This document shows, in pieces, positions 32,701 through 47,700 of a DNA stretch of 64,000 nt. Where the stretch lies: NCBI RefSeq assembly GCF_009834535.1, contig NC_045705.1, forward strand, positions 71,920,001-71,984,000, in the 5' to 3' direction. The position numbers were made by a program, and so were the translations under genes. Origin of the DNA: Camelus ferus (lineage: Eukaryota). The stretch's first letter is position 1; the number at the start of each line of letters is the position of its first letter. The notes beneath the pieces were generated by a model. It was not told where the DNA came from, made no database searches, and was given only the letters and a program-made list of their open reading frames with translations.

Positions 32701-35700
32701 GCCACAGTCACACAGGTCACTGTCCGCCCCTCAGAGCCAAAGAAGGAGCTGCGGGGTGGCCGGTCCTCGTCCCCCCAGGGCTCGGGCGGGGACGCCCCCT
32801 GCACCTGTGTGGCAGCGCCTTGGCCCTCAGTGGGCTCCTCCTTGTCCTGGAGCTCAGGCTGCCCAGAGGGCCCCTGGGGGGGCTGGGGCTCCTTCCCAAA
32901 GCCAGTCTGCACTGTGTAGGAGGTGACGCAACGCACGGGCAGCCGAGCTGGGGCCCTCGGACTGTCCACCGAAATGGTCCGGGTGATCTCAGAGGGAAGG
33001 AGGCTGGAGCCCAGGCGCTCGGGGCTGCTGCCGGCGGAGCTGGAGTCGGAGCCCGTGGGGTTGAAAGGATCGTAGATCTCGCTCTTGAGCTGCTTCGTCT
33101 TCCTGACGGCGAAGAGGGGCGAGGGGCTCTCTCTCCTCTGCGCCTTGCTATCCACAGGCCGGAAGGTGTTACAGAAGCCAGGGCTGGGGAGTCTGCTGGA
33201 GTGGGCTGTGTTCCCAGGAATATTGATCCTGAAGCTCTCAAAGGTCGAGCCGACACCCTTCCCCCTGGAGGGGCCAGGCAGAGCGGGGGGCTGGGGGCCA
33301 CCCCCGGAAGGTGTGCTGGGCTCCTGCGTGCCCCTGCTGCTGGGCTCGCCCTCCACCCGGGCACCGCAGCTGGGCTGCCCGGGGCCCTCCCGGCCCGTGA
33401 GCCGGCTGATGCAGGAGCTGGGGATGTCGACATGCTGCCCGCCCGTGGGGACCTTGTCCTCCCGCCGGCCGCAGCTCTCATCTCTCCTGATCTTTGGTAT
33501 CCTGGGCAGCCTGGCGATGTCAGCTCTCCTGGGAGCGGGTCTCGGGGCCTGTGCCGGCACCACGCTTCCAGGGGGCGAGTCAGAGCGACCACCCGAGGCC
33601 TTCGACGACACTGATCTCAGAGGCATAGAGCGCCTGGCGTCGCCGTTCAATCGTGAGTCGTCACTCTGTTTTAAGCCGGGTCTGCTCACGCTGGACAAGT
33701 TCTGGGCCTGGCCCGCCTGAGGGGTCACCAAGGACTCTAGTCTCACAGGGGCCCCCGATGCAGGCGCAGGAACACAGGCAGGGCCAGGTGAAGCCGGGGG
33801 TGTGCCTGGGGTGGCCTTGCCCGGACACCTGGACCCTAAGCTCTGTGGCTTGCTTCCTGAGTGAGTCACTCTGGGCTGCAGACAGGGCCCAGACCCGGTG
33901 TCTTCTCCCTCTCCAGGTGGACCAACTGAGTTTCTCTGAAAAGAAACTGGAGCTATAAAGACAAAAAGCCAAACAGCCATCAGTTCCCATCCACGTCTTT
34001 AAAAAGTTCAACCTTTGCCAGAGTGCCTTTCTCTGAAACCATGCACTTTAAATCCCTTCTACTCAGTGCTGCCTGGCTGCCCTCCGGCAGGGCCTGAGGC
34101 CCCTGTGGTGCTGCCCACTGTTCTCTTCTGCTTCATCTGCTACTTTTACGCTATTTGGATCAAAAATGGCCTGAGCCTGTAATGCACACTTGAAAAGGGG
34201 CAGCACCCTGGCCTATCACCGACTGTGCCTGCACAGCCAGGCCGCCCTGAAACCCGCCAATGCCGACTTGTGCAGAGGCCCAGGGCTGGCTCCCGTGGCC
34301 GTGAGGTTCGAGGCAGCTGTGTGACGGCAGGAGGGCCTGCGGGCTGCAGGGAAACTCCAGCCATCTGTACGTCATCAGCTTGGAAACTCAGTGACGGAAA
34401 CGCATCTTCAGAAGCTCAGCACCCTTGCCCACAACTGGAACCTGTGGGTCGCAGACTCGGGGTTGGGGGTCGGCGCTGGCAGAGCTGCCTCACCTGCCCT
34501 CTTGGCGCTGAGGGAACCGTCCCGGTGGATGATGATGTCGGCGCTGTTCATCATCAGGAGGCTCTGGCCCGACAGGATGCTGCCCAGCAGGTCAGGCACG
34601 GCGTCCTCGTGGACTTCTGGCTGGGGCACCGGGGCAGGAGCGCTCCTCCTGCAGGGCAGACCCGGGGCAGGCCCTGCCATCAGCGCCTCTGCACCCCAGA
34701 CCCAGCCTGGCAGCAGGCAGGGGCCCCCAAGGGAAGGAGTGGGCCCCAGCCAGCAGCTCTGACGAAAGGGTAGAGGGTGTCGTGTCTCTCTGACGAAAGC
34801 ATCTGATCTGATGCTTTCCCCCACGGGACGCCACCAGCAGAAGCTGGTGAGCAACAGCTCTACTGGTTTTGCTGGTTCCTTTTTTGAGAATTAAATAGAA
34901 GAGAAGCTTGACTCCCTACCAGCCCTGCTGGTGGGCTCTGAGGCAGAGGTGGGATGTGGAGGCAGCCTCTGGGGGCCACGGCCTCCCCTTCATCCCCGTG
35001 CCCTTGGCTAGGGACGGGTTGCAGCACCTCCTCATCCAGGAGCCACGGAAGAGGCCACAAAGGTTACCAATACGGAGACCAGATGGTCCTCATTGGCCGG
35101 TGGCCCTACCTTGGCACCGCCACCCCCGGCCATCCTGTCCCCACAAGACACACCTGGAGAGCCCCATGGAGACAGGCCTGGCCACAGGCTGGTGAGAGCG
35201 CAGGGCTGACTGGGACAGAACCCTCCTCTTGGCACTCAGAGGGGAAGCAGGGGTTGCAGGCACCTCTTCACTGCTGGACGGAGGACAGAGGCCAAAGGGA
35301 ATGGGTGAGCCTGCACCCTGAGGCCCAGGGAGACACCCCAGCCCTCTCCACAGCACCTGGCAGGGTGGGCCAAGCATGGTCCCACGTGGCAGCACTCAAG
35401 AGGCAACACTGAACCAGGACCCCGCGGCGGCTCTGTGTTGGGGTGGCCCGAACCTCTGAGCAGGGATGGGGTGGGGGCAGACCCTTCTCCAAATTAGGGG
35501 ACAAGAAGGCACAATGTCCTTCCTATTCACCACCTAACGGAGTCTGGGAACGACTAAGGCAGAAATTCCACAAACACGCATTCTGCGGGTGTACACAACC
35601 CCCAGAAAGGAGGCCCCCCCGAGCCCCACCCGCCACAGTCACCTGTCAAAGGGGTCCAGCTCATAGGGGTCTCCAAACAGGGAGAGAGAGGCTACCCCGA

Positions 35701-38700
35701 TGTCCGCACGCATCAGCCCCAGAGAGGGGTCCGCGGGCTTGTACACCGAGGGGACGCAGGCTCCATGGGCTGGCCTCCGGAGGCCCAGTGTCCGCGCGAG
35801 GCGGGTACGAGCTGTGGCTTCACACTGAACTCATAGGACAGAGAAAGAGACAGTGGTCAACCAGTCTGGAGTCTACGGGTCCAGATTTCAACCACTGATC
35901 AGCCCAAGGGCTGCACGGACGGGCCTCTCCCCAACAGAGTCCCACACCTCGCACGACTGCAGGGCTGTCACCTCTGGTCTCGGCTCTGAGCGAAAATCAC
36001 AAAGAGGAAAACACCCCGTCCTTCTGGTGACTGTGGGAACACAACCAGGCCAGGCTCAGGCCCAGCGGCAGGGAGACGGCGGGGATGGCCATCTGAACAA
36101 ACAGGCTGACCAGATGTCCACGCACTCCACTTAAAGCTGAAATGTGTTCTCACACAAGTACACGTGAGCCGACGCCGACTGGGCAGCGGGAGCGAGCTCC
36201 ACTGTGAACTCGCATAAAGACATAGCAGACACGTGGACGACAGCGCGAACCCAGCTCTACCTGTCTGTCGTGTTAAAATGTTTTAAAGAGCCAGTCCAAG
36301 AGCAGGGTTGAGGAAAAGTACTTCAGAAAAGCCCATGTCACACAGGCCGCCATGTGCATGGGAGAGGGGCCCTGAAGGCTCGCCAGCAGACCAATCTGAG
36401 GGCGGGAATGGCCTGAAGGGGACAGTGTCCACGCATGTCGCACTCGAGCCACCTCACCAGACACAGCCTGGACCCTGCTGCTCACACCAGGGCATAGGCC
36501 CTGCCGGAGGACTCCTGCTGCTGGCCTCTCTCAACTCCCCCTCCCCAGCTCATACCTGGCCCCCCGCCCCGCCCCTGGCAGGGAACAATCAGTCTGGAGC
36601 CCTGACGAGGGGTGGCCCCTCTGCATACCCCTGCGGTCCCAGGAATGGCACCTAGTCCCTCAGGACAGCCGGCTCCATGCGGTCCTGGACATGTCCTGTC
36701 AGTCCCATCTCCAACCCACACTGCAGAAACGTGTTTTTATCTGGGAATCTCCAAGTAAACACAGAGAAGAGGCTATTTCTGTGACTCTTACTATGCACCT
36801 ACACAAAGGATTTAAAGTTTGCCAAGTGTGAACCCCCATCAAATGCTACCTTGATCTTTTTCCCTTTTCTCTTCTTCCCACGACCCTGGCGTTTCTTCAA
36901 CCTCGTCCCCGAGTTCTTGCTCTTCACAGATGACCTGGGCTGGGTCTTCCTTCTTCCCGACGCTTTCTTCCGTCTTCCTACAAGGAGCACATTGCGAGCA
37001 CACGCGTCACTGTGTGCACGGACCCCCGCCCCATCCCTGCGTGCCCCCTCCCCCCAGGACCCAGCCTACAATAACTATCCATCCCAGTTTCGGGTGTGAT
37101 TATCTTTTCATTTTAATTTGGTCACAAGTTTTAAATTGAAGAACAGCTGACAGACAGCATCATGTTAGTCTCAGGTGTGGCCTGGGGTCTTTACACGGAA
37201 AATAAACCCACAGAGGACGGAGGGGAGAAGGCAGTGCAGAGCGAGGACAGAGTGAGTCTGAGTCTACTCTGATTTGTAAACCTGTTAGAACCCGTAGGTA
37301 TTCTACATAACTATGAAACAAAATTAAATTAGAAAACACAAACCCTGAGAATCAAGAGTAAAAGGAAATAAAGGACCCCAGCTCTGTATCTACTTGGTGG
37401 TCTCACCACAGAGGAGAGATCTCCCAGAGGCCTGGAAACGAGTGACTTCATGGTACATTTCTAGTAAAACAGATCCTGAAGGTTCAACTGCAAAACCACC
37501 AGCGCCCTGTCCTCCTCAGCCACCTTGAGGCGCTCGAGGCTTACTGGGGATGAGCCACGTCAGCCACGTGGCTCCCTAATTTTAGGATGCCCCGACGCCC
37601 CTGGGGCCCTCAGAAGCCTTGGCACAGAAGAGGGGTTCCAAGAAGAGAGACTGGCCCTCGTGATGTGTGCTATGAAAGCACACCCAACAGGTCTCAGCCA
37701 CAGGTGCAAGATGAAGCCACAAGCCCCACCTGATCTCCCCTGAGGGGCACTCTGAGCAGGCCGGAGGTTCCGAGAACTGGGAAGCGCAGGAAACAGACGA
37801 AGGTGCTAGTTAACTCGTGCTGTCCATGAAAACCCCACTCCTGGAAGCAGCCGGTACAGGAGGGAAGCCTCTCCTTCCCTTCCCAGTGAGTTCATGGAGC
37901 TGAACCCCAAGCCCCATGGCTGCCTGATTGCGAACAGGGAGCCTGGAGGAACTGCCTGCTGGAGGACCCCCAACACCGGCCAGCAACTTGTAAGCAAACA
38001 AAACCCCCACCTGCGCCTGAGTGAGCCTTGAAGCTCTAACCACCCGGCTGTGACAGGCAAGGGGTGCTGCTGTCTGCTAGTGTGCGGGCAAGAACTGCCC
38101 AGGAGGGAAGCGCTGGACAGAAGACCCGATTTCCCACATTCAAGAGGACCCAGAGACACTGGACAGGCAGCCACCAGGGCAACACAGATCTCGTCTGGCT
38201 CTGGATTCAAATAAGCTACTTTTAAAAATTCCATCACATTTATGACACAATTAGAACTTTTGAACCTGACTGGCCATTTCACAGTGTTATGGAATTTCTG
38301 CTTGTTTCTCAGGTGTAACAATGGGATTGTGATGAACTTAAAAGGAAGACTCCCTCTTTCAGAAATACACTGCAAAACGCTTGTAGGTAAAATGAGGATC
38401 GGCTTCCTAATAACACAGAAGGTGGCGGAGGCAGATGGACGAGCCAACGCTGGCCGGGAGTCACCGGGCCAGCGACGAGATGGCTACATGGGCACTGCTC
38501 CTTTCTCCCTGTGCGTCACAGGCCTGACACACGGCTGTAAGCAGCTTAAGAAATCCACAGCAGAGGACACGCAATAACCAGACCCAGGAGTGTTCACCGC
38601 GAGCCGCTCAGACAAAGGGAGAGCCGACCCTGTCTCCCCCAGGAGCCGCAGCGCCTTCAGGCTCTTATTCTGAGATGGCTCTCTGCACAGCCTAGGTGCT

Positions 38701-41700
38701 GTCAGGACTGAGAAGCGTGATTCTTGACCTGAAAAAAGGAGACTCAGGCCTAAGACATAAGGAGACAACCTCTATCATCCTGAATTTCAAGTTGAGCATC
38801 AGTATGATCTTAGGATGCAGTTTCCAGCTCTGTGTACTGAAAGGGCCAGAAACACGGACCAACCTTCAACAGACCTCAGGTCTAGCCTCTGAATTCCAGC
38901 CCCCACTGGGAGGAAGGGCCTGAGTCCACAGGAGGACACACGAGGCACAGGAAGACAGGTCCGCACACTCCTGGAGACTTTCATGAGGCACCCCGCACAC
39001 CCCAGCGTGGCAAGGACGAGGCCCCACAACTCTCATTGTGCTACCGGGTCATGACGTGGTCTGTGACCTCAGACACACGTCTACTGATGGTGCAGCCAGT
39101 CCTTGCTGCTCTGCGGCCACGAGAAACGAAACGTCCGCCTGCAGGGAAGAGCAGCCACAAGACCGTTCGCAGCACCTCTACACAGAGGAACCCAAACCCC
39201 TCTCATGGGTAAACGGATACACCGAGGTGTGTTCCTGCAACAGGCATCTTCCTCAGCGATACACTGAAATCAAGCACAGACGCCAAAGTCACTGCTGAGA
39301 CACAAACGAGAGCACACACGCAGAACCTCGTAAGAGCCAAGTTCGAAGACAGACAAAAACTAGCTCCTGACGCTACAGGGACAGCAAGCCACCAGGAAGG
39401 CCACGGGCACCAGTGCCATCTCAACAAGTCAGTTTTTAGAAAACCCCAGAGTGTAACCCACGGACTGAAACAGCGATCCACTAAGTCTGCCGCCTTAAAC
39501 AGACAATCCAAGGGGAGAGGAAAGCTCTTCTCTGGAGCTGAACGCCAACCAACAAACAACGGCGGAGCAGAGCTAGAGGTCGTCAGCGGGGTTACGAGGG
39601 CTAAAAGCCTCTCCCCGGGAGGGACCACACTACTAGAGAAAGACAAAACCTACCGGGACCAAAACTAACACAGAGAGAACTAGAAACTCCAACAGCACCA
39701 AAACAACACAGGACACTGAACTGACCATTCCAGCTGTTCCCACCCAGGAAAGCCCAGGCACAGGGCTTCACTGTGAGCCACCAGGCTCAGAGAAGTGACA
39801 GCGCCACTTCCCCACCAAGCCCTCTGGGACACTCCTGTCCAGCTACGCGAGGCTGTGACTCGACGCACGTGCAGAGGCTGTGGCTGAACAAACAGCACTG
39901 CCCACGGGGTGTTCAGAGGAGGAACCAGCCTCGGGCCCCGCGGCTGGAGGGGCTGCCCTGTGGAGGTCTGGCTACCCTGGAAAACCAGGTGCAGAGACAG
40001 AAGTGACCATGCTGGCCTTCGGGGAGCTGCCTGCAGCCAAGCCCCCACCCCATGTACCTGCTTTCCTCCTCCGACGGGCAGGGGCTCGCGGCGTCATGGG
40101 GCACTGGTATACAGCAGTGCTCAGGCCAGCGGCCACGGCTTCGATGGTCTCATCCAGCAGGGAAGACATGAGGTACCTTGGGACGTGCTATACGGCAGAG
40201 GGAGGTGCTGGTCAGTGAGGGAGCCCCTGGTTGCCCCAGAAGCTGGATACCCTTAGCCGGCGGCAGCAGAAAACAGACAGATTGCTGGGGGCTTCCAGGG
40301 GCCCGGAGGGAAGTGGGGTTTTGGGAGGCTTCCCAAGGTGCAGGTCAGGCAAGAATGGGCAACAAAGAGGGCTGGGTGCACCTCAAGGAGCTGACAGTGG
40401 AGGCGCAGAGCCAGTGGGGGCGGCAGGGACGAGGGGTGTGGCTGGGTCTCGGGGATACCAGGGGATGGAGGGGACAGGAAGTCAGGAGGACTGCAGGCAT
40501 CTGCCCTGAGAACCCGTGTGATGGGTGTGGCATCTGTGACCGGGTCCTGGGGCCCAAGCCTCCCGGGCAGCTTTCATGGCGCACCTGCGGGCCGGGCCCC
40601 CAGCCACTGGCCCAGCCCGGTACCCTTGGGGCAAGCTCTCTGCTCCTGCTGCCTCAGGCCTGCTGGGCTTTGTTCTCTGCATGTGGGCCAGAACGCAGGG
40701 CCTACAGACACAAACCCCACACTGCCGACAGTGTCCCGCCGCTGAGAGCGTGAGCACCTACCTGGACCCCCCGGGCCGTGGAGATCCGGTTCCGGTTCAC
40801 AGTGGCTCGGACTCTCTCACTCTGCCGCGTCCTGGCGATGGCTCGGGTCCTCCCTGCCTGGGGCCGAAGCCGGCTGGTAGTGGGCACCACGTCGGCCAAG
40901 AGCAGGGAGACCTCCTCCTCGCTCACAGGATCCACATCTTGGAAGGAGACACCCAGGCTGACGTGCACTCCGCCAAGTGCTGAGTACCAGGATGCGGGGT
41001 CACCTCCCTGGAGCCCGGGCCTCCAGACCCTGAAGCCCCAGTCAACCAACCCCAGTCCAGCCTCAAGCAGCTGTGCCCCCTGGCCCGGCCAGGAGTGCAA
41101 CAGGGAGCCGCCCTGCTGTCAAGCCCCATATGCTCTCCCCATGGATGGGCGCCGCCCCTGCGGGCAGGGCCAGAGCATTACCAGTGGCAGGGGCAGCTCC
41201 GAGGACAGCACATTCTGGACAGAACCACTCGTTCACTGGCACCTCCTGAAGAGGGGGGTCCAGACATTCCATGTGGTACCTAGGGGAACAAGAGTGTCCC
41301 CAGCCTCACTGTCCCAACCAGCCCCAGGACCACAGCGCACCCTGCAGTGGACTGTGTCCCCCAAACCCACGTGTTGGAGCCCTACCCCCATGTGACTGCA
41401 CTTGGAAATGGGACCTTTGAGGGGCGATTAAGGTTCAGTGAGGTTGTGGCAGGGATCCCTGATCCACGTCCTTGGAAGAGGGAGGCACAAGGAGAAGGCA
41501 CCACATCTGCAGCTGGGAAGGGCCTGCCTGGGCTGACTCGAGAGGACACAGGGGAGCCAGCCAGCTAAGAAGTCCAGGCACTTGGAGCTCGAGACACTGC
41601 TCTTCTAACCTGCCCGCAGCCCTACCCGCCAGCGTTCTGGGAGGACAGGCCCACTGCAGACCTCTGGGCCTCTCCGCCCTCCAAAGGGGCCCTAACGGCC

Positions 41701-44700
41701 CCCAACCCCTCCATGGGAGACATACTATCTGGAGGGACGGAGCTGAGGAAGGACAGCTGGACCCGAGCGGCTCGTTGGGCGTGGGGTCTGCAGAAGACGG
41801 GCGCATGGGTAGGGCCGACATCCCGGGGAGGCTGGCCTCCGAGGCCGAAGGTCGTCAGCTGGTCCGTCCAGCCCCCTGCCAAGTTTCAGGCGTTGGTGCC
41901 CCACAGTCCAGCCTGAGGAGCTGCCGGAGGGCATTTTGTTGGCTGCAAGCATGGAAAGGCTGCCTCACCACGCCTGCCCTTCAGCTGCTTCTAACTTGTC
42001 TTCAAGGGTAGCAGTTTGGGAAGGCACGCTGGGCTGGGCTGCCTGAGCCAGAATTCTCCAAACCTCACCCTGAGGCCCCAGACAGTGCCGAGCCAGGTGG
42101 AACCAACGTTGACCCGCGCCACACACCCGAGCCCAGGTCCAACTCCACTTCGAAACTGTGTGCCACTCACAGCAATGAAGCATGTGAGGGTCCAGGAAGC
42201 CACCGGCTGACAGCAAGAAGCCCACCACAACCTGACGCTGGGAACTCACATGAGACCAGGGGGACGAGTGGGGAGGCCACCCTCCCTGGGACACAGAGTA
42301 CTGTGGGGCCCCGAAGCCCCAGTAGATTCCAGCCTGAGAAGGTTCCCCCGCCCCACATGGTCTCGGGAAGGAAATCAAGAACTGAGTGGTAGATTCTTAC
42401 AGAGCATTCCAAGGATCCAATATGGTTCCGCCCTGTTCTTGCCACCAAGTTTCAGGGCCTTGAGCAGAGGCCTGCAGGTGTGACAGGTGACTGCCTAGCC
42501 ACTGCAGCCACAAGTCACTCCAGAGAGAAGGCTGGCTGTGGTTGAGGCCATGGGACAAGGGAGAGCCGCACGACCGCCACCAGGGCGGACCCCATGCTTA
42601 CACAAGCACCGAGATGACCACTTCCAACAGGGATGGCACAGCTGGGTGGCAAGGGAGGTCCCAGGTGCCTCGCTCGGGAATAACTACCTTTACGTAAATC
42701 ACAAATACTCTGTGTTTCATGTGACGGTCAAACAATCTAGCGTATTCAGGCACCACAAGAGAGCTTTGAAATTCACTCATTTACGTGAGTGATCTTAGAC
42801 TTGTGATCTTAACTGAAAGACAACTATATGAAAATTCAGCTAACTGCGAATGTACCAGTGAGGATGTCTAAAAGCATATGGATCACTGCATTTATCAAGT
42901 TTTAACGCTCCAGATCCAGCAGGAGTTTGTGTACTTGAGTTCTTTTCTCCACTGAATTCAAGCACACAAAAAGAAAAGATATCATTAAATTTATAAATGT
43001 ACTTTACAGTAAAGGAATTTTAACGAAGTTGTAAAACCCCCCAAGGGTCACTGTTATAAGTTACTAGAATTTAAATGGATCTTGATGCAAAGGATTAATG
43101 TAATCAAGAACTGTAGGCTCAGACCAACCAGTCTTGAAAAAGAATGGAGTTGGCAAATCACGCTCCCTGACTTCAGATTACACCACAAAGCTACAGTCAT
43201 CAAAACAGCATGGTACTGATTCTTTGTTCTGGACACCGAGTGGGAGCTGGTGGCAGCAGCTGTGGAGAAAGACAGGAAAAGGCAGGCTGGGCAAGCAGGC
43301 AGCTGACCGGACAGCCAGCCAACTGCAGCAAACCAACCCAGCACTCTACTGCTTTACACATCTAACCGCTCACCAAGTTAACCCAAGCACCTCCACTGTC
43401 AACTCCGTCGACACCGTAACATCCAGATACGGTTAGGCCGACCCACCGGGGCCCTGGCCTGGGGCGCCATCGGAGGATGAGGCCTGCCTGTAATCCAGAG
43501 GGGCCTGCCCAGAGGAGGACTACGTGGGTGGGGTGTTGCTGAGGCTGGGGTACGAGGTGGGGCAGGAAGGGGCTTTGGAGGCCGAGGGAGAGGTGCCCTT
43601 GCTTGCCCCGTACTGACCAAGCAGCAGCTGGACAACCAACTGGGTGTGCACATGTGGAAAACGAAAGGGCACCTGGGTGCCGAGCTGATGCCTACACGGC
43701 ACAGGCAGATCCCCAAACTAACGACTACAGCCTGCCGCCCTCCCGTGAAACTCGTGTTACATCACACACCTGTAACTGCGAGGGGCAGGGGGCTCCCTGA
43801 CTGCCACTGGAGGGCCCTCAGTGCTCCTGCTTACGAACCTTGATTTCTGAGATACAGTTGTTGTGTGTCATTTTCAATAGCCTCTTAAAAGTGTTTAGAA
43901 AATCTGGAACTCAAAAACGCCTTCTGCCATGGTAAAAGCCCAAAAGACCCCCAAAACCCCCCAAAACAAACACCCGCCCCAGCACGGTACCAGCACAAAA
44001 ACAGACAAATGGGTCAATGGAACAGAATAGAGCCCAGAAAAAGACCCGCGCACTTGTGGTCAATCTATGACAGGCAGCAGGAATGCACAATGGAGAAAAG
44101 ACAGTCTCTTCAACAAGCGATGCTGGGAAAACCGGGCAGCTTCATGTAAAAGGATGAAACTAGAACACTCTCTAACACCATGTAGAAAAATAAACTCAGA
44201 ATGGGTTACAGACCTAAACGTAAGACTGGGTACTATAAAACTCCTAGAGGGAAACATGGGCAAAACACTGACATAAATCGCAGCAGTTATCTTTTTGGAT
44301 CCGTCTTTTAAAGTAAGGAAAATAAAATCAAAAATGAACAAATGGGACCTAATTAAACTTAAAAGCTTTTGCACAACAAAGGGAAACCATGAATAAAACA
44401 AAAGGACAACCTACAGACTGGAAGAAAATATTTGCAAACGATGAGACTGACAAGGGCTTAATTTCCACAATGCACAAACAACTCATACAACTCAAAAAAA
44501 ACAAAACAAAACGAAACACAAAAACCCAATCAAAAAATGGGCAGAAGACCNNNNNNNNNNNNNNNNNNNNNNNNNNNNNNNNNNNNNNNNNNNNNNNNNN
44601 NNNNNNNNNNNNNNNNNNNNNNNNNNNNNNNNNNNNNNNNNNNNNNNNNNNNNNNNNNNNNNNNNNNNNNNNNNNNNNNNNNNNNNNNNNNNNNNGTCCA

Positions 44701-47700
44701 CAAATGACAAATGCTGGAGAGCCTGTGGAGAAAAGGGAATCCTCCTACGAGGTTGGTGGGAGTGCAGTTTGGTGTAGCCACTATGGAGAACAGTATGGAG
44801 ATTCCTCAAAAGACTAGAAATAGACTTACCATAGGATCCAGCAATCCCACTCCTAGGTATATACCTGGAGGAAACTCTAATTTGAAAAGACACATGCACC
44901 CCAATGTTCATAGCAGAACTATTTACAATAGCCAATACATGGAGGCAACCTAAATGTCCACGACTGATGACTGGGATAAAAAAGATGTGGTATATTTATA
45001 TAGTAGAATACTACTCAGCCACAAAAAATAATAAAATAATGCCATTTGCAGCAACATGGAGGGGGCCCAGAGGTTATCATACTAAGTGAAGTAAGTCAGA
45101 CACTGAAAGACTAATAATATCACATATTACTTATATATGGAATCTTAAAAAAAAAAAAAAGGTACAAATGAACTCATTTACAAAACAGAAATAGTCTCTC
45201 AGACATAGAAAACAAACTTACGGTTACCAAAGGAGAAAGGGGTGGAGGGATAAATTAGGAGTTTGGGGTTAATGTATATAAAACAGACAACAAGCGAGGG
45301 AGGGGATCCGGCACTGGGAATGTAAGCTGGTGCGGCCGCTGTGGAAAATGGCAGGGGGAATCCTCAAAAAATTAAGAACAGAGCTGCCACATAATCCAGC
45401 AAGTCCACTTCTGGGTATTTAACCAAAGAAAATGAAACACTAATTTGAAAAGGTACGTGCACCTCAAATGTTCACGGCAGCATTACTTACAATTACCAAG
45501 ATACGGAAGCAACACAAAGTGCCCATCAACAGACAAGTTGATCAAGTGGATAAAGATGTGATTTTACACAAACACACACATACACACAGAGGACTACTAC
45601 TCAGCCATAAAAAAAGAATGAAATTCTGCCATTTCCAAAAACATGGATGGGCCTGGAAGGTATTATGCTAAATGAAATGTCAGAAAAGAAAAACAAATAC
45701 TTTATGTTATCACTTACATGCAGAATCTAAAAAAATAAAACAAACGGAAGGTATAAAAAAACACCCACAGACTCACTGACAGAAAAGAAACCAGTGGTTA
45801 CCAGCTCGGCGGGGGAGGGGCCAGGGTGAGGGATGAAGAGGTACAAAGCACTCTGTATAAACAAAGACACACAGGTGTGCTGTGCAGCAGAGGGAAATGG
45901 AGCTGACAGTCTGTAACGTTCAGTGGCGTACGACCCACAAGAAGTTTGAATCCCTGTGTTGCACATCTGAAAGCAGAATTGTAAACCAACTGGACCTCAA
46001 CTAAAAAAAAAACCACGTTCTGTTCCACTCAATTTTGTTATGAACCTAAAATTGCTCTAAAAAATAAAACCTACTTAAAAAATAAAAAGAACAACCGCGG
46101 GCTCCATTCAGAAGCTTGGGGAGAGCAGCGCTTTGTGAGCGGAAGTTCCATCAGCTTCGTCCACGTGGCCACCAGGCACTGGGCTCGTTGTCCAGCATGG
46201 GTAAGCCGGGCAGAGCAGGCAGGCCGGTGGCGGGGGCCAGCCAGGTGAAGGGTGTGGCAGCCAGGGCCTGGTCTCACTTTCCCACCATGTGTGGCCTCTT
46301 GGGCAGCGTCCAGCTATTCCCAGCCCTTCCTTCACAGGCCCCGAGCTGTCGCAGCCCCAGGAGAAAAGGTGCATTTGTGTGGGAGCAGAGCTTGGGGTGC
46401 AGCCATACAGGAGCCCTGTGTCCCCACCCGGGCACGGAGTGTGATGCCACAGCAGTGCAGCGCCTGCACAGCCTGCGGGACACCCAAGGCACCATTTCTG
46501 CCGTCCAGACCCAGGGTGACAACGTGCTGTGGACCACCACTCAGACACGGCCACCTTCTGGGAGTCGCAAGAGGCAAGATCACCGAGGTCGAGCATTCAG
46601 GAAATTGTCATAAAGGGTGGGTACCATCTGAGACTCCGGAGGAACGAGGAAGACCCTCATCTCCGATGTGTGAGCCCAGGGGTGGAGCTGGGGAGGAAGG
46701 TGGGAGATGCTGCCAAGATGCTGGGGAGGCTGGCCTGCTGCCACAGGAAGACGAGTGTGAGCCAGAGACTGAGTGTGCGGCTGCAAGGCAGTGCAGGGTT
46801 GTGGGGAGGTGCCGAGAGGTGTGGGGAGGTTGAGAGAGGTGGAGGGGGAGAGGGGAGGTTGGGGGGCCCTGGTGGGGCTGACCATCCACACTGGGACATG
46901 CAAGCACTCCACAGGTGCCCCACCTCCAGGGCAAGGAGAGGGTCTGACTAGAAGCAGGGACCGACCAGTGTCGAGAGATGAGAGTGAAAGTCTCCCTGCC
47001 GCCAGGGCCCAGGGTGCATGGGTGTCACTGGCTGGAAGCTTCACCTGGAGCCCTGGCCTCGAAGAAAGGGTGGTTCCCCCATGGTCCCGCCCACACCGCC
47101 CCTTCTCATGTGCCCCCTTTTCTTTCTCACTTGAGGTATTAGTTGCATCTCTGTAGATGATCTCAGGGTATTATCCGGGGACGGGGAGGGCACAGGTGGC
47201 AGTAATCAAAGCAGCATACTGCAGCCACTGTGCGGAGGGCTGAAGGGCACACCACTGGGTGCCAGGGCCCCGCTGTCCCCTCTGGGGGACTTCGTGTCAC
47301 TGAGCACAGTGGTGCAGCCCCAGGACACCCTGGAGCAGGCTGCTTTAAGGACGGGGCCTTGGAGGCTGGCTCAGGAACTCGCGAGCTGACGGGACATGGG
47401 CCGCAGGCTTACCCGGCGTCACAGCCGTCACACAGGAGCAGGCGGTCCTCCCGGTCACTCCGTCCGCACACCTCACAGAAGGTCGGGTCTTCCTCCTCGT
47501 CCTCCCCAGCTCCGGCATTCTCCACTGGAATCTGAACCGGAACAGCACTGCTGACCACAGGGCCATGGGACCCGAATCCCAAAGTCGCTCAGATCACCAC
47601 TTGCAGCTGACCCAGAGCAGGTCAAGAGCCGCACGGGCTCTGGGCCCAGAGGTGTGGACCGACACACACACAGTGATCACTGCGTTTTCTAACTGTCGCT

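Noticed and set aside
32187-33614. 475-aa and other long plus-strand ORFs
   Set aside because: Antisense shadows of GC-rich PHRF1 exon 14; low complexity, no recognisable domain.
46100-46960. Coding-looking stretch in a PHRF1 intron (possible retrocopy, faint WD40-like words)
   Set aside because: No continuous frame, poly-A/TSD or protein family I can identify; would need BLASTX.
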